Origin: an uncultured Planctomycetaceae bacterium
GTDB lineage: Bacteria; Planctomycetota; Planctomycetia; Planctomycetales; Planctomycetaceae
Direction: 5' to 3'
Length of the DNA: 64,000 nucleotides
Assembly (NCBI GenBank): GCA_963813715.1
Contig: CAWFAK010000009.1
Coordinates: 544,001 to 608,000, forward strand
Shown: piece by piece, positions 11,134 to 21,412 of the stretch
How positions within the stretch are numbered: position 1 is the stretch's first letter
Layout of the letters: each line of letters starts with the position of its first letter
The notes under the pieces: model-generated
The model's database searches: none
The model's input: only the letters and a program-made list of their open reading frames with translations
Told to the model about the DNA's origin: nothing
Translations under genes and position numbers: made by a program

Positions 11134-11853
11134 ATGCCCGACCCAGTTCCGACCCAGCCGGCCCGACTACGCCCCCTCACCCGAGAAGAGGTCCGCGACA
11201 TCGACCGCCGGGCGATCGAGACGCTGGGACTGCCCGGCATCGTCCTTATGGAGAATGCCGGACGCGGGGCTGCCGAGCTGTTGATCGAGCTGGGAATCGG
11301 CGGCCCGGTGACCGTCGTTACCGGCAAGGGGAATAATGGCGGGGATGGGTTCGTGATTGCCCGTCACCTCGCCAATTACGGGTACGAGGTGCGGGTGCTG
11401 CTCTTTGCCGATCCGCACGACCTGACGGGCGACGCGGCCACCAACTATCACGTGCTGCGGGCTGCGCGGATGGCCATTCGCAACTGCGCGGCCGATTCCG
11501 ATCCGTCGCAGTGGCGGAACGATCTCGTTTCGGCCTCGTGGATTGTCGACGCCCTGTTGGGTACCGGTACCCGCGGCGCCGTCCGCGAACCGTTCGTCAC
11601 CGTGATCGAAGAGCTCAACGCGACGGGCGTGCCGATCCTGGCCGTCGACCTGCCGTCCGGCCTCGATTGCGACACCGGCGAGCCGTTGGGACCGTGCATC
11701 CGGGCGGCTCACACGGCGACGTTGGTAGCGCCCAAGCAAGGCTTCGAGGCTCCCGGCGCAGCCGCCTTCACGGGAAAAGTGCAGGTGATCGACATCGGGG
11801 TCCCGCGCTCGTTGCTCGAGGAGTTCGTGTTGCCCGGCCGGGCCGCCAACTGA
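11134..11853 (+). CDS. nnrE: NAD(P)H-hydrate epimerase (stand-alone YjeF-N)
   Basis: LMENAG, GKGNNGGDGFVIARHL, IVDALLGTG, AVDLPSG, DIGVP. Confidence 0.92.
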   Translation: MPDPVPTQPARLRPLTREEVRDIDRRAIETLGLPGIVLMENAGRGAAELLIELGIGGPVTVVTGKGNNGGDGFVIARHLANYGYEVRVLLFADPHDLTGDAATNYHVLRAARMAIRNCAADSDPSQWRNDLVSASWIVDALLGTGTRGAVREPFVTVIEELNATGVPILAVDLPSGLDCDTGEPLGPCIRAAHTATLVAPKQGFEAPGAAAFTGKVQVIDIGVPRSLLEEFVLPGRAAN

Positions 11854-12038
11854 AGACCAAGTCGGGTCTGCACTCGGGGGAAATCCAGAACCGGCCGGCT
11901 GACATCGGCTTGCTCGCCGTCCGGGCGACTTGGCGGCTGCCTCGGCGGCCCGGATAATGGAAGCTGGACGGCGTGCGGCTTGTACCGCGCTGGTGGACCT
12001 CGCCCGCCTGATCGTGAAATGACCCCAGAGGCAACATC

Positions 12039-13151
12039 GTGCACGATGAATCGGCGGGAGTGCCGCAGGCGGAAACGGCCGCGGTCACCGAGTCGGACCA
12101 GGAAGCGGTCGCCAGGCTCAATGAAGCCTACCGCAAGATCACCGACGAGTTGGCCAAGGTGATCGTCGGCCAGCGGAAGGTGATCGAAGAGCTGTTGATT
12201 GGCATGTTTGCTGGCGGCCACTGCTTGCTGCAGGGCGTGCCGGGGCTCGCGAAAACCTTGATGGTCCGCACGCTGGCCGACTCGCTCAACCTGTCGTTCA
12301 ACCGCATCCAGTTCACGCCCGACCTGATGCCGGCTGACATTACCGGCACGGACGTCATTCAAGACGACCGCGTGACGGGCACGCGCGAGTTCCGCTTTCT
12401 ACCGGGACCGATCTTTGCCAACGTGGTGCTGGCCGACGAGATCAATCGCACGCCCCCCAAGACGCAGGCGGCCCTGCTGGAAGCGATGCAGGAGCACCAG
12501 GTGACGGCCAGCGGCAAACGGCACAAGCTGCCCGACGCCTTCTTCGTCCTGGCGACGCAAAACCCGATCGAGCAGGAAGGCACCTATCCGCTGCCGGAGG
12601 CTCAGCTCGACCGTTTCATGTTCGAGATCCTGGTCGATTATCCCTCGGAGGACGAAGAGTTCGAGCTGGTGCGGAAAACGACGAGCGACCACACCGCGCA
12701 GATCGACAAAATTCTCTCGGCCGAAGAAGTGGCCCACCTGCAACAAGTGGTCCGCCGCATGCCCGTCGCCGACCACGTCATCCGTTATGCAATGCAGCTC
12801 ACGCGGCTGACGCGACGGCAGAATGCAGACATTCCCGATTTTGTGCGGGACTACGTTTCGTGGGGCGCCGGTCCGCGCGCGAGCCAATATCTGATTCTGG
12901 GCGCCAAGGCGCGGGCCATGCTGAAGGGGCGGGCCTTCGTCAATACCGAGGATGTCCGCGAAGTGGCTGCCCCCGTCCTGCGGCATCGCATCATCACCAA
13001 TTTCAACGCCGAGGCCGACGGGGTCTCGCCGGATACCATCGTCGGCCGCCTGACGGAGCTCGTGCCGGCCGATTCCAGCAAGGCGACCCGGGGTGGACGA
13101 CTACCGGAAGTATTTCGATCCGCAGACGCTGGCGAAGCTCGCCGGGCTTGA
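12039..13151 (+). CDS. MoxR-family AAA+ ATPase
   Basis: Walker A GVPGLAKT, RIQFTPDLMPADITG, LADEINRTPPKTQAALLEAMQE, ATQNPIEQEGTYPLPEAQLDRF. Confidence 0.95.
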   Translation: MHDESAGVPQAETAAVTESDQEAVARLNEAYRKITDELAKVIVGQRKVIEELLIGMFAGGHCLLQGVPGLAKTLMVRTLADSLNLSFNRIQFTPDLMPADITGTDVIQDDRVTGTREFRFLPGPIFANVVLADEINRTPPKTQAALLEAMQEHQVTASGKRHKLPDAFFVLATQNPIEQEGTYPLPEAQLDRFMFEILVDYPSEDEEFELVRKTTSDHTAQIDKILSAEEVAHLQQVVRRMPVADHVIRYAMQLTRLTRRQNADIPDFVRDYVSWGAGPRASQYLILGAKARAMLKGRAFVNTEDVREVAAPVLRHRIITNFNAEADGVSPDTIVGRLTELVPADSSKATRGGRLPEVFRSADAGEARRA

Positions 13152-14001
13152 TCTCAAGGCCCGCCTGATCGTCGAGGGCTACCTCACCGGCCTGCACAAA
13201 AGCCCGTATTCCGGCTTCTCGGTCGAATTTGCCGAGCACCGCGAATACTCGCCCGGCGACGACGTGCGCTACGTCGACTGGAAAGTCTTCGGCAAGAGCG
13301 ATCGCATCTATCTCAAACGCTTCGAAGAAGAGACCAACTTCGCCTGCCACATCCTGCTCGATTCCAGCGCTTCGATGGCCTATCGCTCCCGCGGCGCGGC
13401 CGTCTCTAAGCTGGAGTATGCCGAGTACGTCGCAGCGGCTCTTGCCCACCTCGTTGTCCGGCAGCAGGACGCCGTCGGCCTGGCAACCTTCAACGACTCG
13501 GTGACCAAATTTCTGCGGCCGTCGAGCCAGGCAGCCCATCTCAAAGAGATCGTGCACGTGATGGAGCACACCGTCCCGTCGGGCGAGACGGCGCTCGGGC
13601 CGATCTTTCACGACCTGGCTGAGCGGATCCGCAAGCGCGGGCTGGTGATCATTCTGAGCGATCTCTTCGACGACCCTGCCGGACTGATGTCGGGCTTAAA
13701 GCACTTTCGCCATCGCCGCCACGACGTCAGCCTGGTGCAGATCATCGATCCGGCGGAGCAGGATTTTCCGTTCGACGAACCAACCCGCTTTCGGGGCTTG
13801 GAGCAGCTCGTCGAACAGACGGCCGAACCGCGCTCGCTGCGGCGGGCCTATCAGCGGGAATTCGAGGAGTTTCTCCGCGAAGTGCGGACGCGGTGCGGCG
13901 ACTTGCGGATTGACTACACGCTCGTTCGCACCGACCGGCCGCTCGACGTCGCCCTGCGGGCCTTCCTGACGCGGCGGATGCAGCGCGCGGGGAGAACCTG
14001 A
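13093..14001 (+). CDS. DUF58 (VWA-like) MoxR partner protein
   Basis: GLHKSPYSGFSVEFAEHREYSPGDDVRYVDWK, ILLDSSASM, ILSDLF; overlaps the moxR 3' end. Confidence 0.92.
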   Translation: MDDYRKYFDPQTLAKLAGLDLKARLIVEGYLTGLHKSPYSGFSVEFAEHREYSPGDDVRYVDWKVFGKSDRIYLKRFEEETNFACHILLDSSASMAYRSRGAAVSKLEYAEYVAAALAHLVVRQQDAVGLATFNDSVTKFLRPSSQAAHLKEIVHVMEHTVPSGETALGPIFHDLAERIRKRGLVIILSDLFDDPAGLMSGLKHFRHRRHDVSLVQIIDPAEQDFPFDEPTRFRGLEQLVEQTAEPRSLRRAYQREFEEFLREVRTRCGDLRIDYTLVRTDRPLDVALRAFLTRRMQRAGRT

Positions 14002-14002
14002 C

Positions 14003-16425
14003 GTGACCGCGCCGACCCTGCGGGCACTCTCCGCGAACGGCCTTCTGGCCTTCGGCTTTGCCAATCCGTGGCTCTTATGCGGGCTGGCGCTGGGGGCCAT
14101 CCCGATCGTCATTCACTTGCTGTCGCGACGCGCCTACCGCGAAACCAACTGGGCAGCGATGCGGTTCCTGCTCGAGGCGGCCCGCAAGAACTCGCGCCGC
14201 ATGCGACTCGAGCAGCTCATTCTGCTCGCCGTACGGACGTTGATCCTGCTGTTGGCGGCGCTCGCCTTTGCCGAGCCGCTGGTCGAAGCGGTTTCGCCTC
14301 AGGCGCGGCCGCGGACCTTGTTGCACCGCGTGATCGTGATCGACGCCTCGTTCAGCATGGGAGCGCGGACGGATGCAGGTACCCGATTCGACCGCGCGAA
14401 AAGCGTCGCGCGGCAGATCGTCGCCGACTCGCAGACCGGCGACGCGATCAGCGTGCTGAGAATCGCCAGCCACACTCCCACCGCGGTGATTCGCGAGCCC
14501 GCCTTCGATCCGGAGATCGTGCAATCCGAAATCGACCGACTGCAAGTCACCGACGAGCCGGGTGAACTGATTCCCACGCTGGCCGAGGCCAGCGAAATCC
14601 TCGCCGACCCCCGGGCGCCACAGTCGAAAGAGATCATCTTCCTCAGCGATTTTCAGCGAGTCACCTGGGGCGACGACGCCTTGGCAAAATCCGAGGTGCC
14701 GGCCCTCTTTCGCAAGCTCGGCGACAAGGCCAAGATCGTGCTGATCGGCGTCGGCGACGGGCGGACGGACAACACGGCCATCACGTCGTTGACCTCCGCC
14801 GATCCGATCGTGCTGCCCGATCGGCCGGCACGGCTACGGGCGGCGGTGCGTAATTTCGGCCCCGCGCCGCTGCCCGGCGTGCGCTGCGAGCTTTATGCCG
14901 ACAACTATTTGGTCGCGTTCAAAGCGGTCGACTTGCCGGCCCGCGAGGAAACGGTGGTCGAGTTTCCGTACGAGTTTCGCCGCTCCGGCGAACATGCGGT
15001 CGAGGTCCGGATCCCCGCCGACCGTTTGACAGCAGACAATCGCCGCTGGCTGAGCGTGCCCGTCACCGATCAAATCCGCGTGCTGGTGGTCAACGGGCAC
15101 GAGGGAGGTCGGCCGGTGGAGAATGCGTCGCATTATGTGCGAACGGTGCTCGCCCCCTCGACGGTCCGCGAAAGCTGGAGCGGGGCCACGCAGCCCAAGG
15201 TGATCAACGAGGCGGACCTCACGGCCGAGGATCTCTCGAAGTTCGATTGCGTCTTTCTCTGCAACGTGGCCCTGGTCACGCGGACGGAGGCCGATCTGCT
15301 GCAAGCCTACGCGGAGGCCGGCGGCGGAATTGTCTTCGCACTGGGCGATCGCGTGAAGCCGGCCAACTACAACGCGGTGCTCTATCGCGACGGCAAGGGC
15401 GTGCTGCCGGCGCTCCTGGAAGGCCCGGTGGGCAACGCCCGCGATCCCGTGCACGGCGGCTACCAGTTCGACGCGTCCGACCTCAGCCATCCGATCGTCG
15501 CTCCGTTTCGTGGGAATCCGGGAGCGGGGCTCGATCGCGTCGTCACGCTGGAGTACCTGCAGGCCAAGCTGGCCCCCGGATCGCCGTCGCGCGTGGCCCT
15601 CAAATTCAGCTCGGGCGATCCGGCGATCATCGAGCGGCCGGTCGGGCGCGGACGCAGCGTTTTGTTGACGACATCGGCCGACGTTTCTTGGAGCACGTGG
15701 GCCGTCCATCCGACCTTCCCGCCGATGATCCACGAGACCGTCCGCTATGCGGCCGAAGGGCGCTGGCACCAGCGGCAGCACCTGGTGGGCGAACCGCTGT
15801 CGCGGACCTCTCACCGGGCGAGAGGCGGGCGTCAAAGTCGCCATCAAGTTGCCGGACGGCTCCGAGCAAAGTCTGCGACCCGTTGGCGGCGAAAACCGGG
15901 CCGACGTGACTTTCGCCGGGACCGCGCATCCGGGCATTTATGACCTGATGCTCGAGACGCCGCCCGATGCGTCGGCGGGCTCAGCGTCGAGCACGGCTTC
16001 GTCCGAGAAATTGGCTGGCGGCGTGCGACACGAGCTGTACGCAGTCAACGTCGATCCGCGCGAGAGCGACCTCGAGATGGTCGACGAAAAAGTCCTGCGC
16101 TCGACGACCCTCGCCGGCGTGCCCTACGACCGCCGCAGCGATTGGTCGCACGAGTCCCGCGAACTTGGTGCCAGCGAGCCGGCCACGTCCGGGCATGTCG
16201 CGGTGGCTGCTCGTGGCTACGCTCGCTCTGCTCCTGGTCGAGCCCCTCTTGGCTTGGAACTTTCGACAAGGGTTCGTCGTGCTGTGTGCGCTGGCGCTCG
16301 CCGGCCTGGGCTTCGCGATCGTTCCCGGTCATCCCCGCTACGCGGCAACGTTTGCCCTGCTGCTCGGGGCGGGACTGCTGGTGGCGGCGGCCGCTCGCTG
16401 GCTGTCGCGGCGACGGCGGCTTTAA
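14003..16425 (+). CDS. BatA N-terminal TM domain plus VWA protein (frameshifts at about 15810 and 16195)
   Basis: FANPWLL..LALGAIPIVIHLL..R.....WAAMRFL (BatA), MIDAS-like IDASFSMG, FLSDFQ; C-terminal YAVNVDPRESDL and WLLVATLALLLVE continue in shifted frames. Confidence 0.85.
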
Positions 16426-16444
16426 CCGGCGCCACGCGTTTAAT

Positions 16445-17431
16445 CTAGCGCGATGCTGCGCCCGTGCGGGCCGACTCGAACAAGCCCTGCGTAAAGTCGA
16501 ACACGGGCAGTGCGCACTCGGGCGGAGCAAAGTTCTCGGCCCCCAGCAGAATCGTGTCGAGAAAAGCGGTGATCGGGTCGGAGTCGGGCTCGCCGATCGC
16601 CACGCGTTCCGACCGCCCGTCTCGGGCCAGCCACAGTTCGCCGTCGCGCAGGGTCAGGTCGGCCGCCGCGCAGTGCACGCTCAACAGCTCTTGAAAGGCC
16701 TGGCCGTGGCCGACGAAGTTCATCGTCAGTGGCACGCCGCCCGAGAGCAACGCAGACACCGTCGCGGTGATTTCGACGTGGCTGCCGCAACGGTCGCATC
16801 GGGCGAAGACGGCGCTCGGCTCGAGACCGGTGACGGAAAACACGGCGTCGATCTTGTGGCTGCCGGCGTCGCCGATGAAGCCTCCCGGATTCATCTGCGG
16901 ATCGTCCCGCCAGGTCCCGGCAATCGTCGACTGCCAGTTTTCCACATTGTGCGACAGCACCGCACGCACCGGTCCGAACTCGCTGGACCGCACGAGCCGT
17001 CGCAGCGCTCGATAAGTCGCCCACATGCGGCGCTGATAGGCGACCGACAAGAACACGCCCGTTTTTTGCGACGCTTCGATCAGCGCGACGATCTCTGCTC
17101 GCGAACGGGCCAGCGGCTTTTCGCAGAGTACCGGCACGCCACGGTTCAAGAGCGCGCTGGCTTGCTCGAAATGCAGGTGCGTCGGCGAGGCGATGACGGC
17201 CGCGTCGAACTGCCCGCCGTCGAGCAGCGCGGGGAAACTCGGAAAGACGACGGCTCGCTCCGCCGGACCAAAGCGGAGTGCTTGGGCCGCAGCCGGTTCC
17301 GGATCGAACAGGGCCGTGATGTTCGCCCGACCGTCGGCGGCCACGCGCTCGCAATGCAACCGACTGATGCGTCCGCAGCCGACCAAGGCCAACCGCAGCT
17401 GACTCCGCGAAGTGGATGTCTCCTCGCTCAC
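16445..17431 (-). CDS. Gfo/Idh/MocA-family oxidoreductase
   Basis: LALVGCGRIS, IASPTHLH, VLCEKPLA, GGFIGDAGSHKID; GTG start overlaps the upstream stop (GTGA). Confidence 0.9.
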   Translation of the reverse strand: MSEETSTSRSQLRLALVGCGRISRLHCERVAADGRANITALFDPEPAAAQALRFGPAERAVVFPSFPALLDGGQFDAAVIASPTHLHFEQASALLNRGVPVLCEKPLARSRAEIVALIEASQKTGVFLSVAYQRRMWATYRALRRLVRSSEFGPVRAVLSHNVENWQSTIAGTWRDDPQMNPGGFIGDAGSHKIDAVFSVTGLEPSAVFARCDRCGSHVEITATVSALLSGGVPLTMNFVGHGQAFQELLSVHCAAADLTLRDGELWLARDGRSERVAIGEPDSDPITAFLDTILLGAENFAPPECALPVFDFTQGLFESARTGAASR

Positions 17432-17754
17432 GGCTTTTCGCCGAGATCGCAACGGCAGACCATCTGCCCGCAACCCGGGCAGCCCCGGCCGTACTTATCC
17501 AGCACGGCTTGCTCGAGGTCGATGCCCGCGACATTGGCAATCGTCACCAGCCACGCCAGCACGTCGGCAAACTCTGCGGCCAGGTCCTCCTTCGAGCCCG
17601 ACCGCAGCGCGCCAGCCAGCTCGCCGACTTCTTCCATCAGCCACATGAACGTGCCGTCGACGCCGCGGGCAGCGTCCTTGTCGGAATACATCTCGGCAAT
17701 CAGCGTCTGAAAGCCGGCAATCGTCAGCGGCGGAGCAGTTTCCGGAGATTCCAC
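17428..17754 (-). CDS. MazG-like nucleotide pyrophosphohydrolase
   Basis: WLMEEVGELA...EFADVLAWL with C-terminal CPGC..C.C. Confidence 0.88.
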   Translation of the reverse strand: MESPETAPPLTIAGFQTLIAEMYSDKDAARGVDGTFMWLMEEVGELAGALRSGSKEDLAAEFADVLAWLVTIANVAGIDLEQAVLDKYGRGCPGCGQMVCRCDLGEKP

Positions 17755-17852
17755 AGTGTTAGACCTTAGAGCCTTTGGAGCTGCCCCGACAGCAGCCCGA
17801 CGGTGAACGAAGAGTTTCTTGGTCGACTTCCTTTGAATTTCGGCGTGACGGC

Positions 17853-20842
17853 TCATTTCAATCCGTCGAGTGCGGCGCGGGCGTCGGCGTTTTTGCCGTT
17901 GCGTCCGAGGATCGCCGTCAAACGCGTGCGCGCCTCGGGGACGCGACCGCCGGCCGCGAGCGCCTTGGCGAAAGCCAGTTCCAAGTCGTCGTCCTTCGGC
18001 TTGAGATCGACCGCGGCCTCGAACTCCGGCAGCGCTTGTTTGACTTGTTTCGCACCCAGATACGCCAGTCCCAGGTCGCGGTGGATTTCCGCGTCGAGCA
18101 CGTCGACATACAGCGCCTGCTTGGCCAGGCCGATCGCGTCCGCAAATCGTTCTTGCTTAAGCGCCAGCTCGGCGAGCCGTTTGCGCGGGGCCGCGTCGTC
18201 GGGGGCCAGCTCGCACAAATGCACGAGCGCTTCGGCCAGCCGCTTCTCGTCACCCAGCAGCCCGTAGGCCGCCGCCAACCCGCGGACGAAATCGGGCTGC
18301 CAGGGGTAATATTTCGCACCCAGCTCGCACAGCTCGGCCGCTTGCTGCGGCTTGTCATCGAGGAGTCTGAGCTTGGCGAGCGTCATCAGGATCTCGCCGT
18401 GCGGGGCCGCGCGATTGAGCAGCGGCTCCAGCCGGGCGACCGCCGCACCGTACTGCTGATCGTCGGCATCCAATCGCGACAGCACGAGCGCCGCCCACGG
18501 CTGCCTGGCATCGAGGGTCAGCGCGTCTTTGGCCGTCTTCTTTGCCAGACCGGCATTCCCTTTCTCCAAAAGCGCCCAGGCGTACGCGCCGGCGATCGCG
18601 GCGTCCTTGGGATGCGCTTCGACCTGCTTCTCCAGTTCCGAAACGCTGCCGGACGGCGGCCGTTCGGCAGCGTGCAGGCCGGCCACTTTCGGTTTGAGGA
18701 AGTCGCGATAGCCGCGCTCGAACTCCGCCACATCGACGCCGAAAACTTTCTTGATCGCTGCCGGCGTCGGCAGGTTATCGTGATACGCGGCCAGCATTTT
18801 CTGCAACGAACCGGCGCCGCCGCGCTCGATCATGTATTCCGCGTAGAGGCGGCTCTGACAATAGGCGAACTGCCAATCGTCCGAATTCGACGGTCGCTCG
18901 AAGCCACGATCGAGCGTCTCCAGCGTCCGCAGTTGGCCGGGGTAGCGCCGGGCCAGGAGTTCCATCCATTGCGACGGCGGTGGATAGCCTTCGTTGAGCA
19001 CGGCCAGGGCCTCGGTGAACCAGTGCGGGATATTAAAGCCCGACTGCTGCACGGTGATCACATGCACGAATTCGTGTCGCAGCACGCGGGCCCAGTTGTA
19101 GGGCACGGAGGCCGACGTCGGGGACGCCAGCGCCACCATCACGCCCGTCGATGCGCCGATGGTTTGGATCCAGGGCAAGCCGACCATCCGCGCTGAACCA
19201 CTCATGCCCGGACCTCCCTTCGGAATTGTTGAAAACCTCGATGTGGGTCCGTTGCGGCGGCGCGTAGCCAAAACGCTCCACGAGCTGCGGATAAATCTGT
19301 TCGAGGTATTCGGCGATGTAGCCACCCAGCAGCTTGTCGAGCTTGGAATCGACGCGTATCACGAAATGCTCGGTCGAAATGGCCTGGTAACCATCGAGCA
19401 GCTTGAGCACCTTGCGGAAATTGCTCACCCGCGTGTGATACGGATCGGCCTGGAAGGCGTCATCGAGAATCTTGCGGGCCTGATCGGTGCGGCCGACACG
19501 CATCAGCAACATGCCCAGCGATGTTTTCGCCTCCGGCAATTGGGGAGCGAGGGCCATCGCCCGGCGGTAGCAAACCTCGGCCACGTCGAAGCGGCGGCGG
19601 GACTCGAGCAGCTCGCCGAGCGCGGTCAAAAAGACGCCCGGTTTGGGATCGGTTGCCGAGACTTCGGCCCAGACTTTGAGAAAGCGGGACGAGCTCGTCC
19701 GCGGTTTTCGTTTCGCTGCCGATCGGAGGTTTGGCCAGCCACGACTCGAGCGACGATCGCGAGGGAAGACCGTCGGTCAGCAGGCGCAGGCGGCCACGCG
19801 AGCGAGCACGTCTTCGTCGCGGGGATTGACGGCCAGTGCGGCATTCGCGGCGGCCAGCGCCGCCTCGATGCGTCCCGGACAAAAAATAGACGTCGGCTTT
19901 GAGCTGCAGGGCTGCGGGAAGCCGCGGGTTGATCCGCAGGGCCTCGGTCGCCTTCGCCTCGGCTTTGTCGAACTCGTTATTGTCGAGTGCGTCCTGGCCC
20001 AACAGCACGATCGCCTCGGCCGCACGGGGATTGATCGCCAGCGCCTGCTCCAACTCAGGGACGGCCTGCTCGCGGTTGTATTTCTCCAACAGGAGCGACC
20101 CGGAGATCAGATGGGCTTCCCAGGCGTTGGCATCGTTCTTGAGGGCGTCCGGGCAGAGCGTGTTGACCACGAAGTGGAAGATTTGGGTGTTGTGATTCCA
20201 GCGGGCGTACTGCACCGAGCCGCGGGCCACCACGATCAGCGTGGCCGCGTCTTCCGGCTGTCGCGAATTGTACAATCGAATGAACCAGCGGTAGCCGGCG
20301 TTGGCTTCCCGAAAGCGACCGGTCTGGGCATAAACGTCGGCGAGCACCAGCCGCGCCGTCGCGTTATCGGACGAGGCGGTGATGGCCGCCTCGGCGGTCT
20401 TCTCAGCATCGGCCAAACGGCCCCGCGCAAGCTGCAGCTCGGCCAGCCGCGCCAAGAGCTTCGGCTCCGCTGAGTTCTGTTTGCTGGCGTCGACGACGAG
20501 CTTTTCCGCCTCTTCCCAAGCCCCCACCGCCTCCCTGGCACGGCTGAGGCCGATGGCCACAGCGACCGGATCGGCCTTGGCGGCAGCCGCCTTATGAAAA
20601 ACCTCTTCGGCCTCCTCGTAACGCCCTTTCGCCAGATGCGTCTGCGCCTTGGCCAGCAACTCTTTCGGCGTATTTGCGGACGAGGCTGATAGGGGCAGCG
20701 TGACGGCGAAGATCAGCAACAAGAAGGCCGATCGAGCGATCCGCCAGTGAGCGATTCGGCAGTGAACGATCCGCGGTGAACTGGGGCTGTCGGATGGAGC
20801 CTCTCGGCACGTCGGACAGCTTGCGAGTGGACGTCGGCACAT
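17853..20842 (-). CDS. Secreted TPR-repeat protein with a peptidase MA-like (gluzincin) domain; four apparent frameshifts (about 19875, 19785, 19690, 19195); start uncertain
   Basis: Many TPR units (ALAINPRAAEA, ALRINPRLPAA, AMALAPQLPEA); HEFVH plus WFTEALA zinc motif; segments join colinearly across ORFs 19460..20842, 19777..20025, 19033..19629 and 17853..19325. Confidence 0.85.
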
Positions 20843-20989
20843 CGGTGGAAAGCCGGTCGTCGTGGCGCTTGGGCGATTCGACAGCGCGGGCGACGCGTTG
20901 CTCCGGGACCTGTTGCCCGCACGGGCGCGCGGACAGTTCGAGGCGGCGACGTTCGCCGCGTCTACCCTCCAGTATATGCGGCGACGCGC

Positions 20990-21031
20990 AAGAAAAAACC
21001 GCGAGTCTTTGTGGGACCCGCGGTTTTTCTT
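20990..21031 (-). terminator. Intrinsic terminator (minus-strand preferred, possibly bidirectional)
   Basis: Minus strand reads CCGCGGGUC-loop-GACUCGCGG-UUUUUUCUU; the one non-Watson-Crick position is G-U on minus and A-C on plus. Confidence 0.8.
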
Positions 21032-21034
21032 ATC

Positions 21035-21296
21035 AAACCTCTCAGTGTTGGCGACGGTGGAGTCGCTTTGAGAAGGGCGCGGATCGGGTAGTGACTAGCA
21101 CTCACCCTTTTGTGATCCGGGCCCACAGTTTGGGTTTGGCACCTCCGTCGGAACGATGCGAGAGGCTTGTTCTCGGCCCTGCCGTGTGGCCCGCGTGGCG
21201 GCCAGTTCTGATGCAGTCTCTGTCGTGTGTCGATCGATGCCGGGCAGGGCTTCAGTTCTGTCTCTCGCCGGGCCCTCTTGCGAGTGGCCGCGGCGA
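21035..21296 (-). ncRNA. Candidate structured non-coding RNA (unassigned family)
   Basis: Nested stems 21035-43/21160-68, 21052-57/21145-50, 21075-85/21114-24, 21086-93/21099-107, 21176-83/21243-50, 21265-77/21282-96 (GCAA tetraloop on minus); no credible ORF; terminator follows directly. Confidence 0.55.
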
Positions 21297-21412
21297 TCGG
21301 CTGCTTATTGATCGGCACAGGCAAGCCCGCTTCGTCGATCAAAAATCCAGAATTCGTGCGCCGAATTCGCGCGTTTTCGTCCGCTCGGGCGAGACATTCG
21401 GCGATTTGGCCG

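Noticed and set aside
9353..11284. Long antisense ORFs (643 aa here; also 33013..34644, 53009..54598, 59987..62290)
   Set aside because: Shadow frames opposite well-supported genes, expected in high-GC DNA; Arg/Gly-rich with no motifs.
21035..21296. tmRNA, T-box or cobalamin riboswitch identity
   Set aside because: No tRNA-like T-arm with acceptor stem and no tag ORF, no T-box UGGNACC motif, no B12-box.
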